A DNA stretch of 64,000 bases from Petrotoga sp. 9PW.55.5.1 (GCF_003265365.1 NZ_AUPM01000018.1:15053-79052); one strand, 5' to 3'; counted from the stretch's first letter, positions 20,067-29,585 are shown. A program made the numbers and translations. Notes: generated by a model not told the origin, from the letters alone.

Positions 20067-21692
20067 CCCACTTCAGAAATAGCAAAAAATAGTGGTTAAG
20101 CTGAAGTAAAAAAGATTAAATAAAAGGAAAGAAGAACTAAAATATTGAATTCCAAGGAAAAATGCTCTTTGAAAAAGTCAAAAAACTTAAAGAAGGATAA
20201 AAAGATACAAGAAAGTACTCATTTTGAAGAAAAAACAGGAATAAAAAGACTCCAGTTAGTCAGTAACTGGTTGTTAGAAAGTATTGATTATAACTAAGAT
20301 GACAAATCAGCAAACAGCAGTCTCATACATCAAAGTCTTAGGAGAAGCTAATAAATCATCTCTACCCATACTATGAGCCAAGAAAGCTGAAGCAATAAGA
20401 TAAAGGTTAGAAAGGTTACATTCAACTTCAACAGCATTTTTACATCTCAAAGAAGTAGAATTAGTCATATCAGCCAACTTAGAAAAGATAGACTCAATAA
20501 GGGTACGCTTTTTGTAAACCTTTTTGAAAGAAGAAGAATCTCTGTTGAGAAAACGACGGAAATCATCTTTAGAAAAGTTTCTATAGGCATAACAATTGTT
20601 TTTGTTCAAAGGACAATTGGAAGGATCATCACAAACGTATTTATTTCTAAAGATATTCCTTTTAGTCTCACGGTAGTGAGAATGAAGAGAAAGAGGTTTA
20701 CCGCAATCACCCACTAAAGGTTTCTTAGAAGAAGTTCTAAGAGGAATAAAAGCGGTAGACTCACTCTCCAAATGAACAAAATCGTAAAGATCAGAAGAAT
20801 CGTAAGCGGCATCAGCCAAGAAATTAAACCCAGAAAGATTCAAAAGTTCTTTAGCTTTATTCAGTAAAGGGAAAGCATAATTCTTATCGTGATGGCTAGC
20901 AGAAGAAACAACGCTAAACAGGGGAACATTTAAAAAAGAAAGGGTATGAACCTTGTAACCAAGATAAGAGATAGAGTTTTTCTGGTTACCGTGTTTATCG
21001 TAAACAGGTTTAGAATTAGAAACAGGTTTAACACCGAAATCAGCATCAAGTGGAGAGTTATAATACTCATTACAATATTTAAACTTACCGTGGCTCTTCT
21101 TATTGTTGAAAAAGGAACGAAAAGTGACAGGGTAAGAATCAATACAAAGGTTAATAGGATCAAAGACACCCATATCGATACCTCTTTTAACGGTAGAAGC
21201 AATGATATCATCGAGTAAAGAAGTATCAAAAGACTTCTTAAAAGAAGAAAAGGTAGACTCAGAAGGGACAAAGTTAGCAATAGGGTTAAAGCCTATAGCT
21301 TGAGAGAAAAAAGGATATGATCTAAGGAAATGAATCAACTCTCTAGTATTAAACCCTTTAACCTTTTGAACGAACAAAGCCTTAAGTAAAGAGTGACGAG
21401 AATAACCAGTTCTACCAACATGGGGATTGTTAAATTCAGGAACAGCAGACCAATCTATTTGATTTATCAAATCGAGCAAATATTTAAACTCAGAATGTTT
21501 ATTAAAATAATCGGAATAAACGAAATCGAAATACAGTTGATTGGATTCAGAATGAAGAGACATCTGGTTAACCTCCTTACGGGATAATAAATTTGTGGTA
21601 CCAAATACATTATAACGTAGGGAGGTAACCACTTCAAACACAAGGTATTAAAAGTTAGTTAAATTCTGTGTTTTGGAATTTCTAAAGACAGT
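20067..21692 (-). mobile_element. insertion sequence (about 1.6 kb) with one DDE transposase, IS4/IS5-superfamily (IS1182-like)
   Basis: Flanked by a 15/16-bp direct repeat. Imperfect terminal inverted repeats ACTTCAGAAATAGC / (rc) TCTTTAGAAATTCC. Removing it restores mcm stop-AAGGAGG-TTG start of the B12 subunit. Confidence 0.7.
20307..21641 (-). CDS. transposase, DDE_Tnp_1 type with InsH-like N-terminal region (IS4/IS5 superfamily)
   Basis: 444 aa. N-terminal RELIHFLRSYPFFSQAIGF (DUF772-like) and a DDE-type C-terminal region. Confidence 0.75.
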   Translation of the reverse strand: MFEVVTSLRYNVFGTTNLLSRKEVNQMSLHSESNQLYFDFVYSDYFNKHSEFKYLLDLINQIDWSAVPEFNNPHVGRTGYSRHSLLKALFVQKVKGFNTRELIHFLRSYPFFSQAIGFNPIANFVPSESTFSSFKKSFDTSLLDDIIASTVKRGIDMGVFDPINLCIDSYPVTFRSFFNNKKSHGKFKYCNEYYNSPLDADFGVKPVSNSKPVYDKHGNQKNSISYLGYKVHTLSFLNVPLFSVVSSASHHDKNYAFPLLNKAKELLNLSGFNFLADAAYDSSDLYDFVHLESESTAFIPLRTSSKKPLVGDCGKPLSLHSHYRETKRNIFRNKYVCDDPSNCPLNKNNCYAYRNFSKDDFRRFLNRDSSSFKKVYKKRTLIESIFSKLADMTNSTSLRCKNAVEVECNLSNLYLIASAFLAHSMGRDDLLASPKTLMYETAVC

Positions 21693-21708
21693 ATTACCTT
21701 CAAAAATA
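21693..21708. repeat. right copy of the direct repeat ATTACCTTCAAAAATA flanking the IS
   Basis: Matches 20052-20066. Confidence 0.55.
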
Positions 21709-21725
21709 AAGGAGGTTGTTACTAA

Positions 21726-22127
21726 TTGCCTAAAAAAATTAGAGTTTTAATTGGTAAACCTGGTTTAGATGGCCATGACAGAGGTGCAAAAGTTATAGCG
21801 AGAGCGTTGAGAGATGCTGGTATGGAAGTAATTTACACAGGAATTAGAAGAACCCCACAAGAAATAGTTGAATCAGCAATACAAGAAGATGTTGATGTAA
21901 TTGGTCTTTCAATCTTATCTGGTGCTCATAAAAACCTGTGTAAAAAAATAATTGAACTTCTTCAAGAAAAGAATGCTGACATACCAGTAATGTTAGGCGG
22001 GATTATACCTGAGGAGGATATAAAAGAGTTAAAAGAAATGGGTATAGTCGAAATTTTTATACCGGGAACTCCTCTTTCTGAAATAATCGAGAAGGTGAAA
22101 AATGTTGTATTGGAAAGAAAAGTTTGA
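21726..22127 (+). CDS. mcmA2: methylmalonyl-CoA mutase, B12-binding (C-terminal) subunit
   Basis: 133 aa. DGHDRG (DxHxxG) cobalamin-binding motif. TTG start 10 nt after GGAGG. Confidence 0.85.
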   Translation: MPKKIRVLIGKPGLDGHDRGAKVIARALRDAGMEVIYTGIRRTPQEIVESAIQEDVDVIGLSILSGAHKNLCKKIIELLQEKNADIPVMLGGIIPEEDIKELKEMGIVEIFIPGTPLSEIIEKVKNVVLERKV

Positions 22128-23037
22128 GAAATTAATCCCAAAATTCAAATCAGGGGATAAAAGTGCCCTTGCTAAAATGATTTCCCTGGTTGAGGAAAAC
22201 CCAACAGATAGTTGGCTTATAATTTCAAAATTACAGTCTGAAATACCCCCAAAGAATTCTCATGTAATAGGCATTACTGGAAGTCCCGGGGTGGGTAAAA
22301 GCACTTTTATTTCACAATTAATAGAACACTATACGAGAAAAAAAGAAAAAATCGGCATAATTTTGATAGATCCAAGTAGCCCTTTTACAGGAGGCGCATT
22401 TTTGGGGGATAGGGTAAGAATGTTTAGCTCAATTAATTCTTCCAATGTATATATAAGAAGTTTAGCAAGTAGAGGTGCTGTAGGTGGTGTTTGTAATGCC
22501 ATTTATGATATAACTGATATTATGAAATCTTTTGGATTCGATAAAATAATTATAGAAACCGTTGGCGCAGGCCAATCAGAAATAGATATATTCTATGCAT
22601 GCGATACAACCATCTTACTATTGTCTCCCGATTCTGGCGATGAGATTCAAATTTACAAAGCTGGAATAATGGAAATAGCTGATTTTTACGTTGTTAACAA
22701 AATAGATTTACCTAACTCAAAAAGATTTTTAATGTACTTAGAAAGTTATTTTGATTCAAAAAATGAAGGTAAAAAAAAGATTTTTGGTATTAGTTCAACT
22801 GAAAGACTAGGATTTGAAGAATTATTCGATAACATAGAACTAAACGAAAAAGAAAAAATAAATCAAGACTCTAAACTTCTATTAAGAGAAAAAAACAAAA
22901 TAAAATACTATTTTCTTAACATAATAGAAAATTTTTTAGAAGAACATATTGTAGAAAGAAATGACATTTCTTTCTTAAAAGATGAAATTCTAAAATTTCT
23001 ATGTAGAGGAGAGTCGAATAATGCAAAAGAAGATTGA
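22102..23037 (+). CDS. meaB: methylmalonyl-CoA mutase-associated GTPase MeaB/ArgK
   Basis: Walker A GITGSPGVGKSTF. 311 aa. Overlaps its neighbours. Confidence 0.85.
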   Translation: MLYWKEKFEKLIPKFKSGDKSALAKMISLVEENPTDSWLIISKLQSEIPPKNSHVIGITGSPGVGKSTFISQLIEHYTRKKEKIGIILIDPSSPFTGGAFLGDRVRMFSSINSSNVYIRSLASRGAVGGVCNAIYDITDIMKSFGFDKIIIETVGAGQSEIDIFYACDTTILLLSPDSGDEIQIYKAGIMEIADFYVVNKIDLPNSKRFLMYLESYFDSKNEGKKKIFGISSTERLGFEELFDNIELNEKEKINQDSKLLLREKNKIKYYFLNIIENFLEEHIVERNDISFLKDEILKFLCRGESNNAKED

Positions 23038-23425
23038 TCATATTGGAATTGCTGTAAATTCAATTGATACGGCTTTAAAATTTTATCAAGACTTACTTCA
23101 CATTCAAAAAAGTGGAGAGGAAATTCTTGAAGATAGAGGAATAAAAGTCGTTTTTTTATATGTAAAAGATGTTAGAATAGAATTAATGGAACCAATTAGA
23201 GAAAACTCAGAAATATCAAAATTTCTTGAAAAACGCGGTGAAGGTTTTCACCATATTGCATTTGAAGTAGATGATATTGAAGAAGTCTTAAAAACAGCTA
23301 AAAAAAATGGGTATAGAACCTTATCCGATACACCACAAAAAGGAGCTGAAGAAAGTTTAGTTTTCTTTTTACATCCTAAATCAGCTAATGGCATTTTAAC
23401 TGAATTTGTTCAACACATCAAATAA
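23021..23425 (+). CDS. mce: methylmalonyl-CoA epimerase (VOC/glyoxalase family)
   Basis: 134 aa. HIGIAV...ELMEP...HHIAFEV metal-binding pattern. Confidence 0.8.
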   Translation: MQKKIDHIGIAVNSIDTALKFYQDLLHIQKSGEEILEDRGIKVVFLYVKDVRIELMEPIRENSEISKFLEKRGEGFHHIAFEVDDIEEVLKTAKKNGYRTLSDTPQKGAEESLVFFLHPKSANGILTEFVQHIK

Positions 23426-23438
23426 AGGAGGATAATTT

Positions 23439-24995
23439 ATGCCTGATGAAGAACTAATACAAAAAATAGAAGTGTTAAAGCAAAAAAAGGAAAGTTTGTT
23501 AATAGGTGGCGGAAAAGAAAGAATAGAAAAACAACATAAAAATGGCAAATTAACTGCTAGAGAAAGAATAAATTTACTTGTAGATGAAGGAACCTTTGAA
23601 GAAATAGATATGATGGTGAAACACAGATGTACTTATTTCGGGTTGGATAAAAAAGAGTTCCCCTACGACGGTGTTGTAACTGGATTTGGAGAAATTGATG
23701 GGAAAAAAGTAGCAATTTTTTCTCAGGATTTTACCATTCAAGGCGGCTCTTTGGGGGAAATGCATGCTAAAAAAATAATGAAACTTCAAGACTTAGCAAT
23801 GACTTATGGAATCCCTATTATTGGTATAAACGACTCAGGTGGAGCAAGAATTCAAGAAGCGGTTGATGCGCTATATGGCTATGGAGGAATATTTTACAGA
23901 AACACACAGGCGTCAGGTGTTATACCCCAAATAACTGTAATTGCTGGTCCATGTGCGGGCGGAGCAGTTTATTCCCCAGCTATTACCGATTTTGTAATAA
24001 TGGTTGATCAAACTTCTCAAATGTTTATTACCGGTCCTCAGGTTATTAAATCTGTAACAGGTGAATCAATTGATAAAGAAAATTTGGGAGGAGCAAAGAT
24101 ACACAACTCAAAAAGTGGTGTCGCTCATTTATTAGCTAAAGACGACGAAGAAGCGATGAAACTTACAAGAAAATTACTTTCTTACTTACCGTCAAACAAT
24201 GTTGATCCAGTAGAAGTAATAGACTTCGACAAAAAGTATAAACCAAGTGAAGAAATAAACGATATAGTCTCACCAAATCCTAAAAAAAGTTATGATGTAA
24301 AAGATATAATAAATTTAGTTTTTGATCCAGGATCATTTTTTGAAATGCATCCTCACTTTGCTAAAAATATAGTCGTTGGTTTTGCAAGGCTTCAGGGAAA
24401 ATCTGTAGGAATTATTGCCAATCAGCCTAAGATTTTAGCAGGTTCTCTTGATATCGATGCTTCAGATAAGGCTGCTAGGTTTATTAGATTTTGCGATTCT
24501 TTTAATATTCCAATTATAACCTTTGTAGATACGCCAGGTTATTTACCCGGAGTTTCTCAAGAACATGGTGGAATAATCAGACATGGGGCAAAGCTCTTAT
24601 TCGCTTATTCAGAAGCCACCGTGCCTCTTATCACCGTTATTTTAAGAAAGGCTTACGGAGGAGCCTATATAGCTATGGCTTCACAACATCTTGGAGCAGA
24701 TTTTGTTTTTGCTTGGCCTACTGCTGAAATAGCCGTTATGGGGTCTGAAGGAGCGGCAAACATAATATTCGCAAAAGAGATAGAACAATCAGAAAACCCT
24801 GAAGAAACTCGTAAAAAAAGTGTGGAAGAGTATAAAGAGAGATTTGCAAATCCTTACGAAGCTGCTTCAAGAGGATATATAGAAGACGTTATCGAACCAA
24901 TACAAACAAGAAACAAACTGTCTAGTGCTCTTTCAATAGCATATTCAAAAGTTAAAGCCAAACCTTCAAAAAAACACGGTAACATTCCTTTATAA
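23439..24995 (+). CDS. mmdA: methylmalonyl-CoA decarboxylase alpha subunit / propionyl-CoA carboxyltransferase
   Basis: 518 aa. Carboxyltransferase with two crotonase-like domains, a strong family match. Confidence 0.85.
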   Translation: MPDEELIQKIEVLKQKKESLLIGGGKERIEKQHKNGKLTARERINLLVDEGTFEEIDMMVKHRCTYFGLDKKEFPYDGVVTGFGEIDGKKVAIFSQDFTIQGGSLGEMHAKKIMKLQDLAMTYGIPIIGINDSGGARIQEAVDALYGYGGIFYRNTQASGVIPQITVIAGPCAGGAVYSPAITDFVIMVDQTSQMFITGPQVIKSVTGESIDKENLGGAKIHNSKSGVAHLLAKDDEEAMKLTRKLLSYLPSNNVDPVEVIDFDKKYKPSEEINDIVSPNPKKSYDVKDIINLVFDPGSFFEMHPHFAKNIVVGFARLQGKSVGIIANQPKILAGSLDIDASDKAARFIRFCDSFNIPIITFVDTPGYLPGVSQEHGGIIRHGAKLLFAYSEATVPLITVILRKAYGGAYIAMASQHLGADFVFAWPTAEIAVMGSEGAANIIFAKEIEQSENPEETRKKSVEEYKERFANPYEAASRGYIEDVIEPIQTRNKLSSALSIAYSKVKAKPSKKHGNIPL

Positions 24996-25007
24996 AGAGG
25001 GATAATT

Positions 25008-25397
25008 ATGAGAAATATATGGACATTAGCTTTAATGGGTATATCTATAGTTTTTATACTACTTATTATTTTAATGGCGATTATTTGGTCATTTAAATTT
25101 TTATTCAAAAGTAAAAACGGGAACAATAATGTTACTACCAATCTAGAAAAACCACATAAGGAGTATATAAAACCTCCACAAGTAAAAAAAATCGAAAATC
25201 AAGAAAACATCACAGAAGAAGAGCTATTTGCAATTGTTTCAGCGATAAGTAGTTATATTTCTCAAGCAGAGTTTAAAATAGAAAGCATAAAAAGAATTCA
25301 AGATTCTGAGAAAATTGAGAATAAAATTAAAAACAAGTGGATCTCCCATGAACCAACTTTTTCTTGGAATCCATATTATAATAAACGTTGGAGGTAG
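25008..25397 (+). CDS. OadG-like small membrane subunit of the Na+-decarboxylase complex (single N-terminal TM)
   Basis: TM helix MRNIWTLALMGISIVFILLIILMAIIW followed by a polar tail. Sits between the carboxyltransferase and BCCP genes. Confidence 0.5.
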   Translation: MRNIWTLALMGISIVFILLIILMAIIWSFKFLFKSKNGNNNVTTNLEKPHKEYIKPPQVKKIENQENITEEELFAIVSAISSYISQAEFKIESIKRIQDSEKIENKIKNKWISHEPTFSWNPYYNKRWR

Positions 25398-25403
25398 GTT
25401 AAA

Positions 25404-25874
25404 TTGAAAAGAAAATTTAAAGTTTCTATAAATGATAAAAGCTATGAAGTTGAGGTAGAAGAAATAGATTCAGAAGATAATAAAAATATAGTCGAAAAAA
25501 CATCTAAGAATTATGAAGATGATGAAGTAAAAGAAATAAAAAAGGAAAAAATCGAGAAGAAACCAAAAGAAATTCCAGAAAAACCGAAAAAAGAAAAAAG
25601 AAAAGAGGAGAAAAAAACAGAAGAAACAAAAACGGAATCATTTAAAAGCGATGAAACTTCTGGTTTTGAAGTAAAAGCTCCTCTTCCAGGGTTAGTTAAT
25701 GAAATAAACGTAAGAGAAGGTCAAACTGTCAAAGCTGGTGATAAACTTTTGGTAATAGAGGCAATGAAAATGGAAAATGAAATTCCTGCAGAATACGATG
25801 GTGTCGTAGAAAAAATCCTAGTAAAAAGGGGAGATAGTGTCGAGGGTGACCAAATTCTAATGATAATTAAATAA
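25404..25874 (+). CDS. biotin carboxyl carrier protein subunit (biotinyl domain)
   Basis: C-terminal EAMKMENEI biotin-attachment motif after an E/K-rich linker. Confidence 0.75.
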   Translation: MKRKFKVSINDKSYEVEVEEIDSEDNKNIVEKTSKNYEDDEVKEIKKEKIEKKPKEIPEKPKKEKRKEEKKTEETKTESFKSDETSGFEVKAPLPGLVNEINVREGQTVKAGDKLLVIEAMKMENEIPAEYDGVVEKILVKRGDSVEGDQILMIIK

Positions 25875-25923
25875 TATACTAATCTTAAGAGGCCCTTCCC
25901 AAAGGAGGCTAATAGTACCTAAT

Positions 25924-26976
25924 ATGAGAGAAAGTTTAGCTCTTAAAATGCGGCGTTTTACGATATCGTTAGTAATTTTTATCTTAATTGTTCTAATAGG
26001 CACTTTAGGTTATACCATGCTTGAAGATTGGTCTTTATTAGAATCACTTTTTTTTACCCTCGTCACCCTCAGCACAGTAGGTTATAATTTACCAGAAAGC
26101 ATAACAAGTGGAACTCAAATGTTCACAATTATTTTAATATTATCAGGAATTACGGTTGTCGTTTATTCTTTATCAACTTTAACTTCTTTTATCATTGAAG
26201 GTGAAATGAAAAATGCCCTGGAGGCCCGAAAAAGGATGAAAAAAATTAATAATATGAAAAATCATTACATTGTTGTTGGAGCAGGAAAAACAGGCTTTTT
26301 TGTCTGTCAAAACATGATAAAAGAAAAGAAGGATTTCATACTTCTAGATAAATCCGAAGAGAAGATTCATCAATTCATACAAGAAATTAATGAGGAAATT
26401 ACATATATTGTTGGTGATGCAAAAAACGAAAATGCCCTTTTAGATGCCGGAATTGAAAGGGCAAATAGTGTAATACTCACCCTACCTTCAGATGTTGATA
26501 ATCTTTTTGCCGCTTTGACTGTTAAAAGCATAGCCCCGGATATAAATATAATTTCTAAGGTCAACGATCCCGAATCTGTTAAAAAGCTTTCGTACGCAGG
26601 TATAAATAAAATAGTACTTGAATCAGAAATTTCTGGTAACAGATTAGCTTATATGGCAACGAGGCCTAACATTGTCTCTTTTCTTGAAACGATAATACAT
26701 ACACCCGAAAAAGATCTTCAATTAGAAGAGGTAAAAATCCCTGAAAATTCATGGATAGCGGATAAAACATTAAAAGAAATAGCTTTACCAGACAAAGTAG
26801 ATCTTATAGTTATTGCTGTTAGAAAAAAAGACAATAAAAGCATATTCAATCCCAAAGCATCCACTAAGATTGAAAAAGATGATGTAATTATAGTCCTTGG
26901 AGAAGATTCTAAAATAATGAAATTAAAAGAAATAATTAACAAAGAAGATGAAGATTATGAGGTAAAAAATCAATAG
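25924..26976 (+). CDS. potassium channel protein, 2TM pore plus RCK (TrkA-N/TrkA-C) domains, MthK-like
   Basis: Pore TLSTVGYN. Rossmann IVVGAGKTG of the RCK domain. Confidence 0.7.
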   Translation: MRESLALKMRRFTISLVIFILIVLIGTLGYTMLEDWSLLESLFFTLVTLSTVGYNLPESITSGTQMFTIILILSGITVVVYSLSTLTSFIIEGEMKNALEARKRMKKINNMKNHYIVVGAGKTGFFVCQNMIKEKKDFILLDKSEEKIHQFIQEINEEITYIVGDAKNENALLDAGIERANSVILTLPSDVDNLFAALTVKSIAPDINIISKVNDPESVKKLSYAGINKIVLESEISGNRLAYMATRPNIVSFLETIIHTPEKDLQLEEVKIPENSWIADKTLKEIALPDKVDLIVIAVRKKDNKSIFNPKASTKIEKDDVIIVLGEDSKIMKLKEIINKEDEDYEVKNQ

Positions 26977-26997
26977 AAAAATGGAGGAGGGGGGAAA

Positions 26998-28302
26998 TTG
27001 TTTAAAAAACCTATATTTCTTTGTTTAGTAACTATCTTTTCTTTTTCTTTGATATTTTCATTAAACTTAGAATTAAGCGCTGAAGGTTTTTATGAAGAAG
27101 ATAAATTAACCGATAGGTTAGGTGTGACTCTTTATTATACAACCTCAAATTTTGATATTATGAGCGATATAGCTTTTTACAACGATGATAAGTACCATTT
27201 CTACGAAGAAGATTATTACTGGGGTCATTATTTCTTGATAGAAAACAGTTATATAACTCTTAGAAATTATGACGGAACTATATCCTTAAGTGGGGGAATA
27301 AAAGATCTCAAAGATGAGATCAATTCTCCATATTCTTTGTTCTTTTCATCCGAAAAGATTTCTCAACCTTATTTTGAGTTTAGTTATGAAAATGATAACT
27401 TCTTTTTTGAAACGATGTGGGTACAACTTGTGAGCAAAAATAACGGAAATTTTCCTGACTCAACTAGTAGCATGAATTACAAGCTTTATGGGTTGAAAGT
27501 TGGAGATTTTAGGGTAGGTTATCAAGACGTTCTGGTTTACGAAAGAGCTTTTGATTACTACTATCTTTTAAACCCAATGCCCGCATACTTTGCCCAAGAA
27601 TTTAGATCTTCTAGTAATAATATGCCGTGGTCAGAAGATGATAGCAATGATAATTCTATAATGGGATTCTTTTTTGATTATAACGATCCTAATTATTACC
27701 TATATTCTCAGTTATTAGTAGATGATTTTAACACGAATAGGTTTTTCAATCCAGAAGGTACTCAAAACCCTGACAAGGTTGCTTTTTCTTCGGGATTCAA
27801 CGTAAAAAGTAATATCGGAACATTCGGGCTACACGGAGCTTTTGCAACAAGATACACTTTTCAACGAGGCGGAGGCCCTGGCTATACAATATATCCAGAA
27901 AATACTTACAATGGTGAAACAATAGATTACACCGATAATTATATAGGTTACAAATATGGAGAAAACACCGTTTCTTTTTTAATGGATTACGATTATACCT
28001 TAGATAACTGGTTTAATATTTATTCTTCATTTGAAACAATTTTATCTGGTAGTAAATCACCTACTAAAAAAACTGCTCCAAATAGTGGGACATATCTTTT
28101 AGATGAAGACAAGTTGGAAAAAAGATATATTTATACATTGGCAACAAAATTCTTCTTTAAAAACATAGAACTTAATTTATCTACCAATATGGGGGTAATC
28201 CAAAATAAATTAGAATTGGATGAAGAAAAAAATGAGTTTGTTCCTTCAGATGAAGAAAAAAATATCATTAGATTAAATTTTGGAATCGCTATAAAATTTT
28301 AA
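26998..28302 (+). CDS. hypothetical secreted aromatic-rich protein ending in Phe (putative outer-membrane beta-barrel)
   Basis: Signal peptide. Y/F/N/D-rich. C-terminal ...GIAIKF. Confidence 0.45.
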   Translation: MFKKPIFLCLVTIFSFSLIFSLNLELSAEGFYEEDKLTDRLGVTLYYTTSNFDIMSDIAFYNDDKYHFYEEDYYWGHYFLIENSYITLRNYDGTISLSGGIKDLKDEINSPYSLFFSSEKISQPYFEFSYENDNFFFETMWVQLVSKNNGNFPDSTSSMNYKLYGLKVGDFRVGYQDVLVYERAFDYYYLLNPMPAYFAQEFRSSSNNMPWSEDDSNDNSIMGFFFDYNDPNYYLYSQLLVDDFNTNRFFNPEGTQNPDKVAFSSGFNVKSNIGTFGLHGAFATRYTFQRGGGPGYTIYPENTYNGETIDYTDNYIGYKYGENTVSFLMDYDYTLDNWFNIYSSFETILSGSKSPTKKTAPNSGTYLLDEDKLEKRYIYTLATKFFFKNIELNLSTNMGVIQNKLELDEEKNEFVPSDEEKNIIRLNFGIAIKF

Positions 28303-28343
28303 TATAATTTTTAAGTAAAAAAAATAACACTCTTCGTTTTTTC

Positions 28344-28352
28344 TGTTATAAT
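28344..28352 (+). promoter_or_regulatory. extended -10 promoter element TGtTATAAT upstream of rpsF
   Basis: Read in the sequence. A 64-nt leader follows. Confidence 0.35.
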
Positions 28353-28416
28353 GATACATGTTAAATTCCTGCTTCTGACAAGTTCAGAGGCCTAAGACCA
28401 TAGGAGGAGGTATAAA

Positions 28417-28794
28417 GTGAGTAAAAGATATTATGAGACTATGTTTGTTGTAAGAACAGATCTTCCAGAAGAAGAAAGAAATGCTCTAGCAGAAAAAGTA
28501 AGAGGCTGGATTGAAAATCAAGTTGGCGGAGAAGTGGAAGAGTTCACAAGATGGGGTATTAGAAAATTAGCCTATAGAACTCAAAAAGGAAAATTTACAG
28601 ATGGTGACTACACTTATATTATTTACAATGCTGAACCTGAAAAAATTAACCAACTTGATGAACTTTTTAAGGTTAATCAACAAATTTTTAGATTTCAAAC
28701 TATAAGAAGAGAAGATCTAGAAAAAAAGGTAAGAAAAACACAGAAAAAGACTAAGATAAAAGTAGAAGAGCCTGAAGTTACCGAAGAAATTTAA
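28417..28794 (+). CDS. rpsF: 30S ribosomal protein S6
   Basis: MSKRYYETMFVVRTDL. GTG start after GGAGGAGG. Confidence 0.9.
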   Translation: MSKRYYETMFVVRTDLPEEERNALAEKVRGWIENQVGGEVEEFTRWGIRKLAYRTQKGKFTDGDYTYIIYNAEPEKINQLDELFKVNQQIFRFQTIRREDLEKKVRKTQKKTKIKVEEPEVTEEI

Positions 28795-28818
28795 AATAAA
28801 TTTAGGAAGTGTTTTTTT

Positions 28819-29316
28819 ATGTCTATTTCTTATAACAAGGTTATTTTGGTTGGAAGACTAACAAGAGACCCCGAAATACGATCTACGATGAATGGAAAGA
28901 ACGTTGCGAATTTTAGTTTGGCTGTTGACCGTGGGTTTTCCAATAACCAAGATACTACAGATTTCATACGTATAGTTGCTTTTGATAAACAAGCAGATTT
29001 TGCTTCTAATTATTTAAAAAAAGGCAAATTAATATTAGTTGAGGGGTCTTTACACATCAACCAATGGACTGATAGAGATAATATAAAAAGAGAGAGCGCA
29101 GAAGTTTGGGCTAATCGTATGACTTTTATGGAAACAAAAAAGGCACAACAACAAAATGATTTTATTGACATGGACATAACTGTTGAAGAAGGAGCCACAA
29201 ACGATAACTCTATAGAAGAAATAGATGATGATGTTTTTTCCGACGAAATCCCTGATTTTGAGGAAAGTTTAAGTGATTTGGAAAGCGATCTTACATCCGA
29301 TGAAAAACCTATATGA
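28819..29316 (+). CDS. ssb: single-stranded DNA-binding protein
   Basis: OB fold (VILVGRLTRDPEIR) with an acidic C-terminal tail. Confidence 0.9.
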   Translation: MSISYNKVILVGRLTRDPEIRSTMNGKNVANFSLAVDRGFSNNQDTTDFIRIVAFDKQADFASNYLKKGKLILVEGSLHINQWTDRDNIKRESAEVWANRMTFMETKKAQQQNDFIDMDITVEEGATNDNSIEEIDDDVFSDEIPDFEESLSDLESDLTSDEKPI

Positions 29317-29354
29317 TTTTTTTCTAGAAAAATAAAAATGGAGGTCTATTATAA

Positions 29355-29585
29355 ATGGCTTATGTAAAAAGAGATAGAAAAAGAGTAAAGAAATGCAAAC
29401 TTTGTAGAGATAATGTTGAATATATAGACTACAAAGATGTAAAAAAATTAAAAGAATTCATAAATGAAAAAGGAAAAATTGTTCCTAAAAGAATAAACGG
29501 TAACTGTGCAAAACACCAAAGAATGGTAAGAACTGCTATTCATAGGGCTAGAAAAGTAATGCTTTTACCATACGTTAGTGAGTAA
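29355..29585 (+). CDS. rpsR: 30S ribosomal protein S18
   Basis: [23 protein letters not shown]... Confidence 0.9.
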   Translation: MAYVKRDRKRVKKCKLCRDNVEYIDYKDVKKLKEFINEKGKIVPKRINGNCAKHQRMVRTAIHRARKVMLLPYVSE

